From an uncultured delta proteobacterium (GTDB lineage Bacteria > Desulfobacterota > Desulfarculia > JACQYL01 > CAWGVV01): a DNA stretch of 64,000 nucleotides. Location of the stretch: NCBI GenBank assembly GCA_963821845.1, contig CAWGFI010000006.1, positions 65,478 through 129,477 on the forward strand. The letters are read 5' to 3'. Below, piece after piece: positions 10,911 through 21,559 of the stretch. Numbering within the stretch: the first letter of the stretch is position 1; each line of letters starts with the position of its first letter. The notes beneath the pieces were generated by a model. That model did not search any database. It worked only from the letters and a program-made list of their open reading frames with translations, and had not been told where the DNA came from. Made by a program: the position numbers and the translations under genes.

Positions 10911-11171
10911 ATCCTATCTCCTTATAGTTGGCTGTTCTCACGTGTATACAAAAATTAATTTAATCATATACATAACCAGTAACATGGACGCTTACAAGAG
11001 GATGCAGGTAAATTTAACCGAATGAGTGATTATTTTTGGTCACTTTAAGGGAGATTGAAATTTAATTAGAAAATTATTTCGATATATGGGCGCTTACAGG
11101 CTTTCCGGCAGGGGCGCCGGCATCCGGTAAGGCATGACGGGCGGAGGAGTAATTGCCCGTCACTTTGTGTT

Positions 11172-12083
11172 TTAGAAGAGGTCTTCGGGATCCGAAATTC
11201 CCAGAATTGTTTGCCGCGCTCCTATGATCGACGATTGCGATATCCCGAAGACGGCGCCGAGCGAGGTGGGAGCGAAGCCCGCGCTTCCGGCGGGTAACGT
11301 GTCGGGGTTATGTACGATAGCTGTTCCGGTGTCGGAGGGAATCCCGTCTATGGAACCTAAATCGATGATATTCAGCCTTCTGGCGACGCTTTGAATTTCA
11401 ACATTCTGAATGAGAGCGCCCGAGGGCGTGGTTATATCCAATATAAAGCGGGTTGGGGCGTCGCCCGGGGTAAATATAATCAGGGCGGTACTGGAATCGA
11501 ATCCGCCATCCGGGTCCACGAGAAACCTGACTCCAACGTTTTTGTCTTCGGAATTCCCGAAAGACACGTTGATAATGAAATTTGAGGGCGGAGCCAGAAG
11601 ATCCAGGGCAGTATTGGCGTAATTCGCGCGAGGCAGGGCCACCACCGGTATAAACGCCGCGTCCGAAGCGCTCAGATCAATCAGAAACGCCGCGCCAAAG
11701 ATACGCGGATCTTTATCCCCGGTCGCCAGGACACCATCATCATCCCAGGTAAACACCAGATACCCCGGTGTGTCCTCTCCGATTCCCATGGGGCCGAGCG
11801 TTCCAGCCATCGTAAATGAGTAATCGAATACGTTATCTTGCATTCTCAGGACATCCGCGGCGAGCAGAATGCCGTTTTCGCTGAAAAATGCCCAATAGAT
11901 ATCATAGCCGGCAAGAGGTGCGGCGAAAATACCCACGACGGTATCGACTCCCGAGTTGTTATATAGAGCGTAAGGCGCCAAAAGTCCACGCCCGCGAAAG
12001 CCCAGATAATAAGCCGAAGCGGGAAAAGCCAGCGCCGCAACAAGGGAGACTGTAATCAGAGCGAGCATTAATTTTCTTTTCAT
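11172..12083 (-). CDS. secreted protein of unknown function (signal peptide, no family recognised)
   Basis: 303-aa ORF. MKRKLMLALITVSLVAALAFPASA signal-like N-terminus. AAGGAGATAG RBS directly upstream. Conserved C-terminal GAVFGISQSS..G..QTILGIS.PE..F is shared with the paralog. Confidence 0.8.
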   Translation of the reverse strand: MKRKLMLALITVSLVAALAFPASAYYLGFRGRGLLAPYALYNNSGVDTVVGIFAAPLAGYDIYWAFFSENGILLAADVLRMQDNVFDYSFTMAGTLGPMGIGEDTPGYLVFTWDDDGVLATGDKDPRIFGAAFLIDLSASDAAFIPVVALPRANYANTALDLLAPPSNFIINVSFGNSEDKNVGVRFLVDPDGGFDSSTALIIFTPGDAPTRFILDITTPSGALIQNVEIQSVARRLNIIDLGSIDGIPSDTGTAIVHNPDTLPAGSAGFAPTSLGAVFGISQSSIIGARQTILGISDPEDLF

Positions 12084-12299
12084 ATTCTATCTCCTTATAT
12101 TTGGCTGTTCTCGCGTGTATACAAAAATTAATTTAATCATATACATAACCAGTAACATGGACGCGTACAAGAGGATATAGGTAAATATAACCGAATGAGT
12201 GATTTTTTTCGGTCGCTGGACGGGGCTTGAGATTCAAAACATGAATTTATTTCGATATATGCGGCGCGCTTAGGGCCTCCCGGTAAGGCGGCCGGACGC

Positions 12300-12341
12300 C
12301 GCAAAACAAAAGGAGGGACCCACCTCGACGTGAGTCCCTCC
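12300..12341 (-). terminator. intrinsic terminator downstream of the 427-aa secreted protein gene
   Basis: GGAGGGAC (12312-12319) pairs with GTCCCTCC (12334-12341). On the minus strand it is followed by TTTTGTTTTG. Confidence 0.6.
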
Positions 12342-12371
12342 CCATTGTTCCGTTAAGCCGGTTTCGGCGGT

Positions 12372-13655
12372 TCACTTTACCGTGAAGCTGTAAGCGTCGC
12401 TATAGGGGCCGTAGCCGTTGGCGTTATAGGTTTTGACCCACATTTTGTAAGAGCCTTTTGCGAGTTTCGTGGAGAGCGAGCATAACACATCATGTTCCAC
12501 CGCGCTCGCTCTCACCCAATCATTGAAAGCAGCGCTACCGCTTGAATTGTAGATCAACACATAATACCAGTCGCTTCCCGGCGTCGCTATCCAGTCCAGA
12601 ATTGCCGGCGCGCCACTCGTAGAGTTTTGGGCGTCAACAATAATCGGTTTTCCGGGACAAGCGTCCTTGTTTACCTCAAAGTTCAAGGGAGCGCTCCAAG
12701 GGCCGTACTCGACTCCATTATATGTTAAAATACGCACGGAATACGAGCCTTTAGCCAAATTCAGCAGCGGATCAACTGCGCAGACGCTGCCGTCGATATC
12801 CACTTCGGAAACCCGATACCAATCGGAAAAATCGGAACCCTTGGTATTATTAATCCACACCTTGTACCAGGTAACGTTGGGGACCGTCTGCCACGCGATC
12901 ACCGGGGAACCATCCGCGCAATTTCCGGAAGGAGCCAGCACGGTAGTCGCCACCGGAGCGGTCGAAAGCGTAATCACCTGGAACTGCATGACCGTGCTCA
13001 GCGAAGAGACGGCGATTCCCTGATACCAGACTTGCGCCCGAAAGGTGTATGTTCCCTGGGGCAGATTGGCGGGTATGGACCACAGGTATGAAACCCAGTC
13101 GGTATTCCCGGCCGCAAGCCCTTTGATGTAGGAGGAGCCGGCCCATTCGGCTTTATCCATGCCGGGTCCGTCGACCTGGAACCATACTTTCGTTTCCGAT
13201 GGTATCGTTGCCGCTCCCGTATTTTTCACCTTGGCCCACAGCTTCACGTTGACGCCCGGATTGATCTGGTCGTTCTGATAAAGAGACATGATCTGCGTTT
13301 GGACTTCGGGAGCGTAGGGGTCTTCGATATAGGCGGAGACTTCTTCGGAATAATCACTGACATCGCCATATATTGAGTACGCGGTAATGGCGAAATAGTA
13401 CCGTTTGTTCATACTGCTTATGGGAATGTCCCAACTGTTCGTGTTTCCGACGTCCGCATGGTTGGTGTACACGCGTGAAGCCGTGCCCCAGTGGACTTCA
13501 TAACCGGCGAGTTCGGAGTGGCCCACGGGGTCCCATGATAATTCCGCCGTGACCGCCCCGCAAATGGAAGGCAGAAGCAGCAGAAAAACAAATACGATTT
13601 TTACCAGCAAGCTTTTACGGAACAGACCGTAAGGCGTAGTATGCAAAGCGTCCAT
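12372..13655 (-). CDS. secreted protein: FN3-like, CARDB-like and two W/Y-rich repeats
   Basis: 427-aa ORF with a hydrophobic N-terminus. FN3-like AGYEVHWGT...YYFAITAY. CARDB-like VKLWAKVKNTGAATIP...GTYTFRAQV. Two repeats homologous to those of ORF 1041..2825 (TWYKVWINN..DWY; DWYYVLIYN..DWV). Confidence 0.8.
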   Translation of the reverse strand: MDALHTTPYGLFRKSLLVKIVFVFLLLLPSICGAVTAELSWDPVGHSELAGYEVHWGTASRVYTNHADVGNTNSWDIPISSMNKRYYFAITAYSIYGDVSDYSEEVSAYIEDPYAPEVQTQIMSLYQNDQINPGVNVKLWAKVKNTGAATIPSETKVWFQVDGPGMDKAEWAGSSYIKGLAAGNTDWVSYLWSIPANLPQGTYTFRAQVWYQGIAVSSLSTVMQFQVITLSTAPVATTVLAPSGNCADGSPVIAWQTVPNVTWYKVWINNTKGSDFSDWYRVSEVDIDGSVCAVDPLLNLAKGSYSVRILTYNGVEYGPWSAPLNFEVNKDACPGKPIIVDAQNSTSGAPAILDWIATPGSDWYYVLIYNSSGSAAFNDWVRASAVEHDVLCSLSTKLAKGSYKMWVKTYNANGYGPYSDAYSFTVK

Positions 13656-13939
13656 CGTTCACCTCCAAAATATCTACCGAAGGACAAAAGCAATAGACGG
13701 ACCAATTTTGCCGCGAGCTGGAGCAATTAAAATAATAATATATTTCAGATAGTTAAGACGATGGGAAAATTTTGGGCGGTCTTGACGGGATTGAGAGCAA
13801 CCAAAATGCGCTTCGAGTTACAATAATTGTAACTCGAGATGACCGTACATGGTTTGAGTGGGGATACGATTGAAACCAAGGGGCGGCGGATAAAATCAAG
13901 GGCGAAAAGCCGGGCGGGCCGCGTCTTTTTGCACGAACA

Positions 13940-14643
13940 TTACCGGGCCCGACCGCCCAGGTAGGCGGCTTCCACCTGTTTTTCCGTTCGTAACTCGGCG
14001 GCCGGTCCTTCCATGGTGAAACGGCCGCCGTCCATAACGTAGGCGTAACGGGCCACGGAAAGGGCGGCTCGGGCGTTCTGTTCCACCAGGAGAATGGCGG
14101 TCCCGGTTTCGCGGATGCGGTCGACCATATCGAAGATCTGTTTTACCAGCAAAGGGGCCAGCCCCAGGGAAGGCTCGTCCAGGAGCAGCAGCTTGGGTTG
14201 GGACATGAGGGCCCGGCCGATACAGAGCATCTGCTGCTCACCGCCGGAAAGGGAACCCGCTTTCTGCTTGAGCCGCTCGCCGAGGGCCGGGAAAAGCTCG
14301 AAAACCTTTATCAGCTCCCCTTGCAGGCTCTGTTTGGGCTGATGATAGGCCCCCAGGGTCAGGTTTTCGCCCACGCTCATGTTGCTGAAAATCTGCCGGC
14401 CTTCGGGCGCCTGGCTGAGCCCCTTGCGCACGATCTTGTATGAATGCAGGTTGGTGATATCCTCTCCCAGAAAGGTTATCCGGCCCGCCGAGGAATGATA
14501 CACGCCGGAGATGGTCCGCATGATCGTGGTTTTGCCCACGCCGTTGGACCCGAGCACGGCCACGGTGGAGTTTTCGTCCACGGTGAGGGAAACGCCGAAC
14601 AGGATCTGCTGCAATCCCATTTTGACCTGGAGATCGCTCACTT

Positions 14644-14656
<13 letters not shown>
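13940..14656 (-). CDS. livF: branched-chain amino acid ABC transporter ATP-binding protein
   Basis: 238 aa with Walker A GSNGVGKTT, signature LSGGEQQML, Walker B LLLLDEPS. Last gene of the liv-type operon. Confidence 0.85.
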
Positions 14657-15419
<763 letters not shown>

Positions 15420-15423
<4 letters not shown>

Positions 15424-16451
15424 TTCCATCCTACCTTGACGCCCGCGCCGTCCCATGCGCCGCCAAGCTGCTTGCGCGCGATGTCCACGGCGGAAACTTC
15501 ACCCAACAGTCCCTTGGGCAGCAGCAGGATGGACAGGAACATCACCAGCCCCACGGCCACGTTGCGAAAGTCGCCGAGTTCGCGGGTTACTTCGGGCAGG
15601 AGAATAAGCAGGAGCGCGCCGATAATTCCTCCGGGCACGCTGCCCAGACCGCCCACGACCACCATGGCCAGGATGAGAATGGATTCGCCGAACTTGAAGT
15701 AATCCGGGCTTATGTATCCCGACGTGTGCGCGATAAGCGCGCCCGCGATCCCGGCGAAAAAAGTGCTGATGGAGAACACCTGGATTTTCAACCTGGCCAC
15801 GTCGATGCCCATGGCCGCCGCGCACTGATCGTCTTCACGCAGCGAACGCATGGCGTTTCCATAATAGGAATAGGTCAACCGATAGATATAGTAAACCGAC
15901 AGGAGCGCCACCGCCGCCACCACGTAATACGATCCCAACTGGCCGGTGATCTCCCATCCGAAAAAGGAGATGGGCGGTATTCCGGATATTCCCATGGGTC
16001 CGCGAGTCAGCGACACCCAATTGAGCAAGGTCACGTAGATGATCTCACCCACGCCGAGCGTGGCCACGGCGAAATAGATACTCACCAGTCGCATGGTGGG
16101 GAGCGCCACCAGCAAGCCGCAAAATCCGGCCACCAGGCCGCTCAAGGGCAGGGTGAGCAGAAACGACAAACCGAATTTGGTGGACAGCAGCGCCGCCGTG
16201 TAGGCCCCCACGCCGTAAAACGCCGCCTGTCCCAGACAGAGCAGGCCGGTCGTGCCCGTGATCAGGTTCATGCTCGTGGCCAGGATGATGAAAATCAGCG
16301 AAAGGGTGGCCAACTGAAACAGATAGCCCGAACCGAGCGATGACAACGTAACCGGAATGACGATGAAAAGCAGCGCGATCAAGGCCGCGGGTATGACAAC
16401 CGTCCGCTTTTCCCGTTTGCGATGCGGCGCCGGGGTTTGCCTTGGTTCCAT
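15420..16451 (-). CDS. livM: branched-chain amino acid ABC transporter permease
   Basis: ORF track 15420..16553. Polytopic LivM-like sequence. Likely start is MEPRQTPAP at 16451, just after the livH stop. Confidence 0.8.
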
Positions 16452-16462
16452 GGCCGCCTTTT

Positions 16463-17389
16463 TCACACCCGCTCCCGTCCCTGTCCGAAAATTCCCTGCG
16501 GAAAAAATATCAGGGTGATCACCAGAAAGCTGTAGGCGATCATATCGCTCCAACCGGAGGCCACGAAGTCCGTGGCGATGGATTCGGCCACGCCGATGGC
16601 GATGGCGCAGACCACCGCTCCCGGAATGCTGGCCAGCCCGCCCATGACCATGGCTACGAACGCTTTAATGGAGGGGGCGAACCCCATGGACGGAAAAATC
16701 GCCCCGTAATAGAGCCCCACCAGCATGCCCGACGCTCCGCCGAACATGGAACCCAGGGCAAAGGTGGCGATGATGGTCCGGTCCACGTTCAGCCCCACAT
16801 ACTGCGCGCCAAGGGGGTTGTTGGAAATGGCGCGTATGGACAGGCCGATTTTGGTGCGATAGAGCACGTATTGCAGGAACACCAGCATGACGATCGACGC
16901 GCCCAGGATCACGAACTGCCCGGACGAAAAGGAAACCGGACCGATGGGGATGGGATCGTTGAGCAGGTACTGCTGGGGAATGGACTGCATTTCGCCGCCG
17001 TAGCCGATCTGCAGGAGTTCCTTGATGATGATGGACACGGCGAGCGACGACAGCAGGGTGGCTTCCCGCATGGCCCGCGACTTCAGGGACGCTTCGTCCC
17101 GAAACCGGCGGAAAGGCTTGAAGGCCACGCGTTCCAGGCCAATACCCGCCAGTCCCCCGGCGGCCAGCGCGAAAAGCAGCACCGCGAATAGCGGTGATCC
17201 GAAATAGGTTATGAGCATCAACCCGGCGAAGGCGCCCACGGTGTACATTTCGCCATGCGCGAAATTGACTACGTTGAGTACGCCGAAAATGAGCGTAAAC
17301 CCGATGGCGATGAGCGCGTACACCATGCCCACGCTCAAGCCGTTGACAATCTGCTGAATCAGGTAGGGATCCAAATACCGACTTCCCAT
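16463..17389 (-). CDS. livH: branched-chain amino acid ABC transporter permease
   Basis: 308-aa polytopic ORF with a LivH-like N-terminus LIQQIVNGLSVGMVYALIAIGFTLIFGV. Confidence 0.85.
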   Translation of the reverse strand: MGSRYLDPYLIQQIVNGLSVGMVYALIAIGFTLIFGVLNVVNFAHGEMYTVGAFAGLMLITYFGSPLFAVLLFALAAGGLAGIGLERVAFKPFRRFRDEASLKSRAMREATLLSSLAVSIIIKELLQIGYGGEMQSIPQQYLLNDPIPIGPVSFSSGQFVILGASIVMLVFLQYVLYRTKIGLSIRAISNNPLGAQYVGLNVDRTIIATFALGSMFGGASGMLVGLYYGAIFPSMGFAPSIKAFVAMVMGGLASIPGAVVCAIAIGVAESIATDFVASGWSDMIAYSFLVITLIFFPQGIFGQGRERV

Positions 17390-17431
17390 GGGGCGAAGGC
17401 GCCCTCGAGGGCGCCTTCGCGCTCGTACAGG

Positions 17432-18556
17432 TTATTCCTTGACCAGGGTAAAATGACCGTTTTTGACTTCCATGCGGGCCAGACCCTTTACCGGTTCGCG
17501 CGTTTTGGCGTCAAAGGTGGTCGATCCGGTGACTCCCGGATAATCCTTGGTGGCCGCCAGCGCGTCACGCACGGCCTGACGATTGGCCGCGGCCCCGCCG
17601 ACGCGTCCGAGCGCGTCCAGCATGATCCCGGTGGCGTCGTAGCCCTGAGCCGCGAACATGTTGGGTTTGGCGCCGTAGCGCTTTTCATATTCGGTCACGA
17701 ATTCCTGAACGTTCGCTTCGGGGCTGTCGGGCATGAAGGTGGTGGAAAGCAGCAGCCCGTCCGCCGCGTCGCCTGCCAGTTCGATAAGCTTGGGCGAATA
17801 GAGCGACGACGTTCCGAACACGGTGGTTTCGATACCAAGCTGTTTTCTCTGCTGCAACAGCATGGCGCCTTCTTCGTACATCATGCAGGCGTAGATGGCT
17901 TCAGGCTTCTTGCGGCTCACCTTGGTCAGAATGGCGCGAAAATCGCGGGTTCCGGGGTTGAAATATTCGGTGCTCAGGATTTTTCCACCTTTGGCCTCCA
18001 CGGCCTTCTCGAAATTCTCGGCCGCCGAGATTCCCCAGTCGTTCTGTATGGCGATGACGGCGAAGGTCTTGTAGCCCTTTCCCATGGCCCAATCCGCTAC
18101 AAACGGGCCTTCGAACGCCTGGGTGGTGATGTTTCTGAACTGGTATTCACTGACCTTGGCGTAATCGGGGTGGGAGGCCGTCTGGGAAAGCTGCGGCATA
18201 CCGGCCTTGGCGTAGACTTGGCCGGCGGCCATGGAAACCGTGCTGGTAAAATCGCCGAGCACGCCCACCACGCATTTGTCGTCGATAAATTTATGGGCGA
18301 TGGAGATGGCTTCCTTAGGGTCGGATTTACTGTCCTCGAACTTGATCACCACTTCGGTGTCCTTCAACGCGCCGGACTGGTTGAATTTTTCAAGCTGCAT
18401 GGTCGCGGCGTTGCGGAAGACCTCGCCGTATTGCGCATGTTCGCCCGTAAGCGGCAGCGAATAACCGATGCAGATCGTTTCCTTTGCGCCCGCGGGGCCT
18501 CCGTTGAACAGGAGCGCCACGGCCAAAAAAGCCAACAGCAGAAACCTCGTCCTCAT
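17432..18556 (-). CDS. livK: branched-chain amino acid ABC transporter substrate-binding protein
   Basis: 374 aa with a signal peptide (MRTRFLLLAFLAVALLFNGGPAGA). Type I periplasmic binding fold pattern typical of LivJ/LivK. Confidence 0.8.
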   Translation of the reverse strand: MRTRFLLLAFLAVALLFNGGPAGAKETICIGYSLPLTGEHAQYGEVFRNAATMQLEKFNQSGALKDTEVVIKFEDSKSDPKEAISIAHKFIDDKCVVGVLGDFTSTVSMAAGQVYAKAGMPQLSQTASHPDYAKVSEYQFRNITTQAFEGPFVADWAMGKGYKTFAVIAIQNDWGISAAENFEKAVEAKGGKILSTEYFNPGTRDFRAILTKVSRKKPEAIYACMMYEEGAMLLQQRKQLGIETTVFGTSSLYSPKLIELAGDAADGLLLSTTFMPDSPEANVQEFVTEYEKRYGAKPNMFAAQGYDATGIMLDALGRVGGAAANRQAVRDALAATKDYPGVTGSTTFDAKTREPVKGLARMEVKNGHFTLVKE

Positions 18557-18710
18557 AACAATCCTCCACGAAATTTAAGTGTAATCTCCCTAACCAACAC
18601 CGGCCTCAAGCAACCGGAGAAGCGCTCGCGCGCCGACGAAAATGTAAAAATATCGACCCGAACGGAACTCGTCCGGAATGGACATCATGACGGTAAAGGA
18701 CGGCTCGAGC

Positions 18711-19193
18711 TTATTTGCCCGGCCGTATATGGAGATGGCAGCAGCCTTCGCGGCCGGCTTTCCAGGTTTCGGCGGAAAATTTGAAACCGGCGCCTTCGAA
18801 CGTGCCGTAATCGACCTGCGAGGCCATTTCCAGCATCTTGGCGATCTCTTCGTCGCTCAGCCCCGCCTCCTGGTAAGCCTCTTTCAGCGGGCAACTATGA
18901 AACTTTATATCCAGCGCTTCCGAGTCGCAGCGCAGCAGTTCCGGCTCGAACATCCTGCCCTTGTCGGGCACGGAACCGAGGAAGGCGTCCTTCAACCCTT
19001 CCAGTTCGCCGGGAGCGTATTGAGCGAAGCGGCGCCCTATCTCGTAGCCTCGCTTGTAAATGGCCCGTTTCACGATCTCGGTGGCTTTTTCTTCGCCGAC
19101 TTCCTGCCGCAACTCGTTATAGAAATGATAATAGATCATCGCCCGGTTCTTGATCGAAGCGCGCAGCATTTCCCTGAGTTCCTGCTCGGACAT
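18711..19193 (-). CDS. L-2-amino-thiazoline-4-carboxylic acid (ATC) hydrolase family protein
   Basis: ORF track 18711..19271. Likely start MSEQELREM at 19193. C-terminal FHSCPLKEAYQEAGLSDEE...GCCHLHI resembles the ATC-hydrolase family motif. Confidence 0.6.
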   Translation of the reverse strand: MSEQELREMLRASIKNRAMIYYHFYNELRQEVGEEKATEIVKRAIYKRGYEIGRRFAQYAPGELEGLKDAFLGSVPDKGRMFEPELLRCDSEALDIKFHSCPLKEAYQEAGLSDEEIAKMLEMASQVDYGTFEGAGFKFSAETWKAGREGCCHLHIRPGK

Positions 19194-19375
19194 GTGAAGT
19201 TTCCCCTTTCGCGGCCGGATAATAATGAATCGACGATCTTTTGCCTGCCAGGCCCGCCGATTGCCGGGCAATGAGCCATGCGAGCCCGATGCGTCCAGTT
19301 AAAGCAGAAAACATTCATTTTTTCAAAGCGTCGGGAAGGCTCCCGACGCCGATGGGTTAAATTTTCAACTTCTTG

Positions 19376-19789
19376 CTAGAGGATGTCCTCGTCGTCATAT
19401 ACGTTGCAGATGCAGCAGAGAAAGGAGGCTTCCTCGGTGTCGCTCATGTTTTTCATGCCGTGCGGCTCCATGCTGGGGAGGTAAATGGAGCTTCCCGGGC
19501 CGCAGATCTGCTTGGAAACCAGCTTGTTCGTTTCCGGATCGAACTGCCAGCATTCGAATGAGCCGCTCACGATATACATGGTCTGATGATAGAAATGGTT
19601 GTGGATCGGGATTTCTCCGCCCGGTTCCGCGATGAACAAACGCAGGCCGTAATCCGGATATCCGTGGCCGTCGTCTCCGTACTTGGAGAGCCATTTCACG
19701 CTGATTCCCTTGACGTCGAACATTTCACCCTTGTAGGGGAACTTGTCGATTTTTACACTTTCACACTTTTCGCCTGTCGTAATAAACAT
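19376..19789 (-). CDS. cupin domain protein
   Basis: ORF track 19376..19864. Likely start MFITTGEK at 19789. Cupin motifs GGEIPIHNHFYHQTMYIVSG and PSMEPHGMKN. Confidence 0.7.
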   Translation of the reverse strand: MFITTGEKCESVKIDKFPYKGEMFDVKGISVKWLSKYGDDGHGYPDYGLRLFIAEPGGEIPIHNHFYHQTMYIVSGSFECWQFDPETNKLVSKQICGPGSSIYLPSMEPHGMKNMSDTEEASFLCCICNVYDDEDIL

Positions 19790-19853
19790 TCTTCCTCCGT
19801 ACCTATTTTGAGGCGTTTTAAGATAACTCCGAACACGCCCGAAGGCGTCACGC

Positions 19854-20336
19854 CTATTTGTCACGCTCCCCGGAAAGGAAGCGAAAGTCGCAGAACGGGG
19901 CTCCTTCCATGATGGTTTGCGTTCGTACGAGCCGCAATTCCGGATTAAATCCTTTTATCAGGTCGAAATCGCGACCGCAAGACAACACTACCCCTAAATC
20001 CGCCATCCCCAATTCTTTATACATCTCCGCATAGCGGCATCTGGTCATATTAAAGGAAAAACGGGTTTCGTTCTGTTCGATGATCTCCATTTCCAGCGCG
20101 CCCCCGGCTTTCCATGCTTCCATTCCCCGGGCAAAGTCAAGCAGGGAATCGCCGCCCAACCGCCGCGCCAGCTCCCGGCCCTGTTCGCAAGCCAGGGACC
20201 GGATGGTCGCGCTCGCTACCTGTATGGCTTTTTCGCGCCCGAACTCCCGAGCGAAAGCCTCGATGAGCGGGGCCGCGATCCGGGCCTCGATTTCACGCCG
20301 GGCCAGAATGGGTATGGCGTTGATATCGGATAACAT
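19854..20336 (-). CDS. ATC hydrolase family protein (second copy)
   Basis: 160 aa. MTRCRYAEMYKELGMADLGVVLSCGRDFDLIKGFNPELRLVRTQTIMEGAPFCDFRF matches the family pattern as I remember it. Confidence 0.65.
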   Translation of the reverse strand: MLSDINAIPILARREIEARIAAPLIEAFAREFGREKAIQVASATIRSLACEQGRELARRLGGDSLLDFARGMEAWKAGGALEMEIIEQNETRFSFNMTRCRYAEMYKELGMADLGVVLSCGRDFDLIKGFNPELRLVRTQTIMEGAPFCDFRFLSGERDK

Positions 20337-20368
20337 GTTGTTTCCTCCTGTTTCGGAACAAGATTTTT

Positions 20369-21559
20369 TCAGGTCCGCTCCAGATAGTTCAGCGCCGCCC
20401 GAACCATGGTTTCGGCCCCGATCGCCAAGGCGTCCTCGTCAAAATCGAAATGCGCGCTATGGTGGGGAGCGTCATCGCCCCTCGCCGCGCCCACGAACAT
20501 GAGGCAGCCCGGAACCTCCTGGAGAAAATAGGCCATGTCCTCGCTACCCATGGACTGTGGCGCCTCCAGAACGCGTGCCCCGCCCACCACTTCCGAGGCC
20601 GCCTCCCGCGCCAGCGCGGCCATGGTTTCGTCGTTGACCACCATGGGGTAGCCTTCGGTGTATTGAAAATCATAGGTTCCGCGAAAGGCGGAGATCACCC
20701 CGTTGAGTATCCGGTCCATGCTTCGGGGGATCAAGCGCCGAAGCCCGTCGTCCAGGCACCGGACCGTGCCGGTGAGTTCCACCTGTTCGGCGATGATGTT
20801 TTCCGCGTCCCCTCCCTTGATCGTGCCCACATGGACCACCAGGGGGCTGAACGGTGAGGTCTCCTTGCTGATCAGTCCTTGCAGCGCGGTTATGGCGTGG
20901 GCGCTCATGAGGATGGCGTCAACGCCTTGGTGAGGCAGGGCCGCGTGTCCGCCCTTGCCGTGCACCTTCACCGTGAAATGGTCCATGCTGGCCATGACCG
21001 GGCCGCCGCGGATGTTAACCGTCCCCACGGGAAACCAAGTGAACAGGTGCAGGGCCAACGCGGCGTCGACTTTTGGGTTTTCCAGCGCGCCGTCCTCGAT
21101 CATCAGCCGCGCCCCGCCGAATCCCTCTTCTCCCGGCTGGAACACGAACTTTACGGCCCCGGCGAGAGACTCCCGCCGCGCGGAGAGAATCCTGGCCACG
21201 GTCAGGAGAATAGCCATGTGCCCGTCATGGCCGCAGGCGTGCATGATTCCATCGTTCCGCGACCGGTACGGCGCGTCGTTCTGTTCCTGGATGGGCAACC
21301 CGTCCATGTCCGCGCGAATGAGCAGCGTTTTTCCGGGCCCGCCGCCTTGCAGCAACCCCACCACTCCGGTCCGGCCCACCTTCGAGATGACCGAAAGGCC
21401 CAGATCCTTTAAATAACGCTCGATGACCTCGGCCGTGCGATGTTCCTGCAAGCCCAGTTCGGGGTACTGATGAAAATCCCGCCGGAGCCTGACCAATTCA
21501 TTCGTAAGCGCTTTTATTTCCTCGGAAATATCCGTTTTCACGCGTTCTCCATCCGGCAT
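20369..21559 (-). CDS. M20 family amidohydrolase (N-acyl-amino acid / hippurate hydrolase type)
   Basis: 396 aa with MHACGHDGH, FQPGEEG and a dimerisation insert. Typical of the M20D subfamily. Confidence 0.85.
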   Translation of the reverse strand: MPDGERVKTDISEEIKALTNELVRLRRDFHQYPELGLQEHRTAEVIERYLKDLGLSVISKVGRTGVVGLLQGGGPGKTLLIRADMDGLPIQEQNDAPYRSRNDGIMHACGHDGHMAILLTVARILSARRESLAGAVKFVFQPGEEGFGGARLMIEDGALENPKVDAALALHLFTWFPVGTVNIRGGPVMASMDHFTVKVHGKGGHAALPHQGVDAILMSAHAITALQGLISKETSPFSPLVVHVGTIKGGDAENIIAEQVELTGTVRCLDDGLRRLIPRSMDRILNGVISAFRGTYDFQYTEGYPMVVNDETMAALAREAASEVVGGARVLEAPQSMGSEDMAYFLQEVPGCLMFVGAARGDDAPHHSAHFDFDEDALAIGAETMVRAALNYLERT

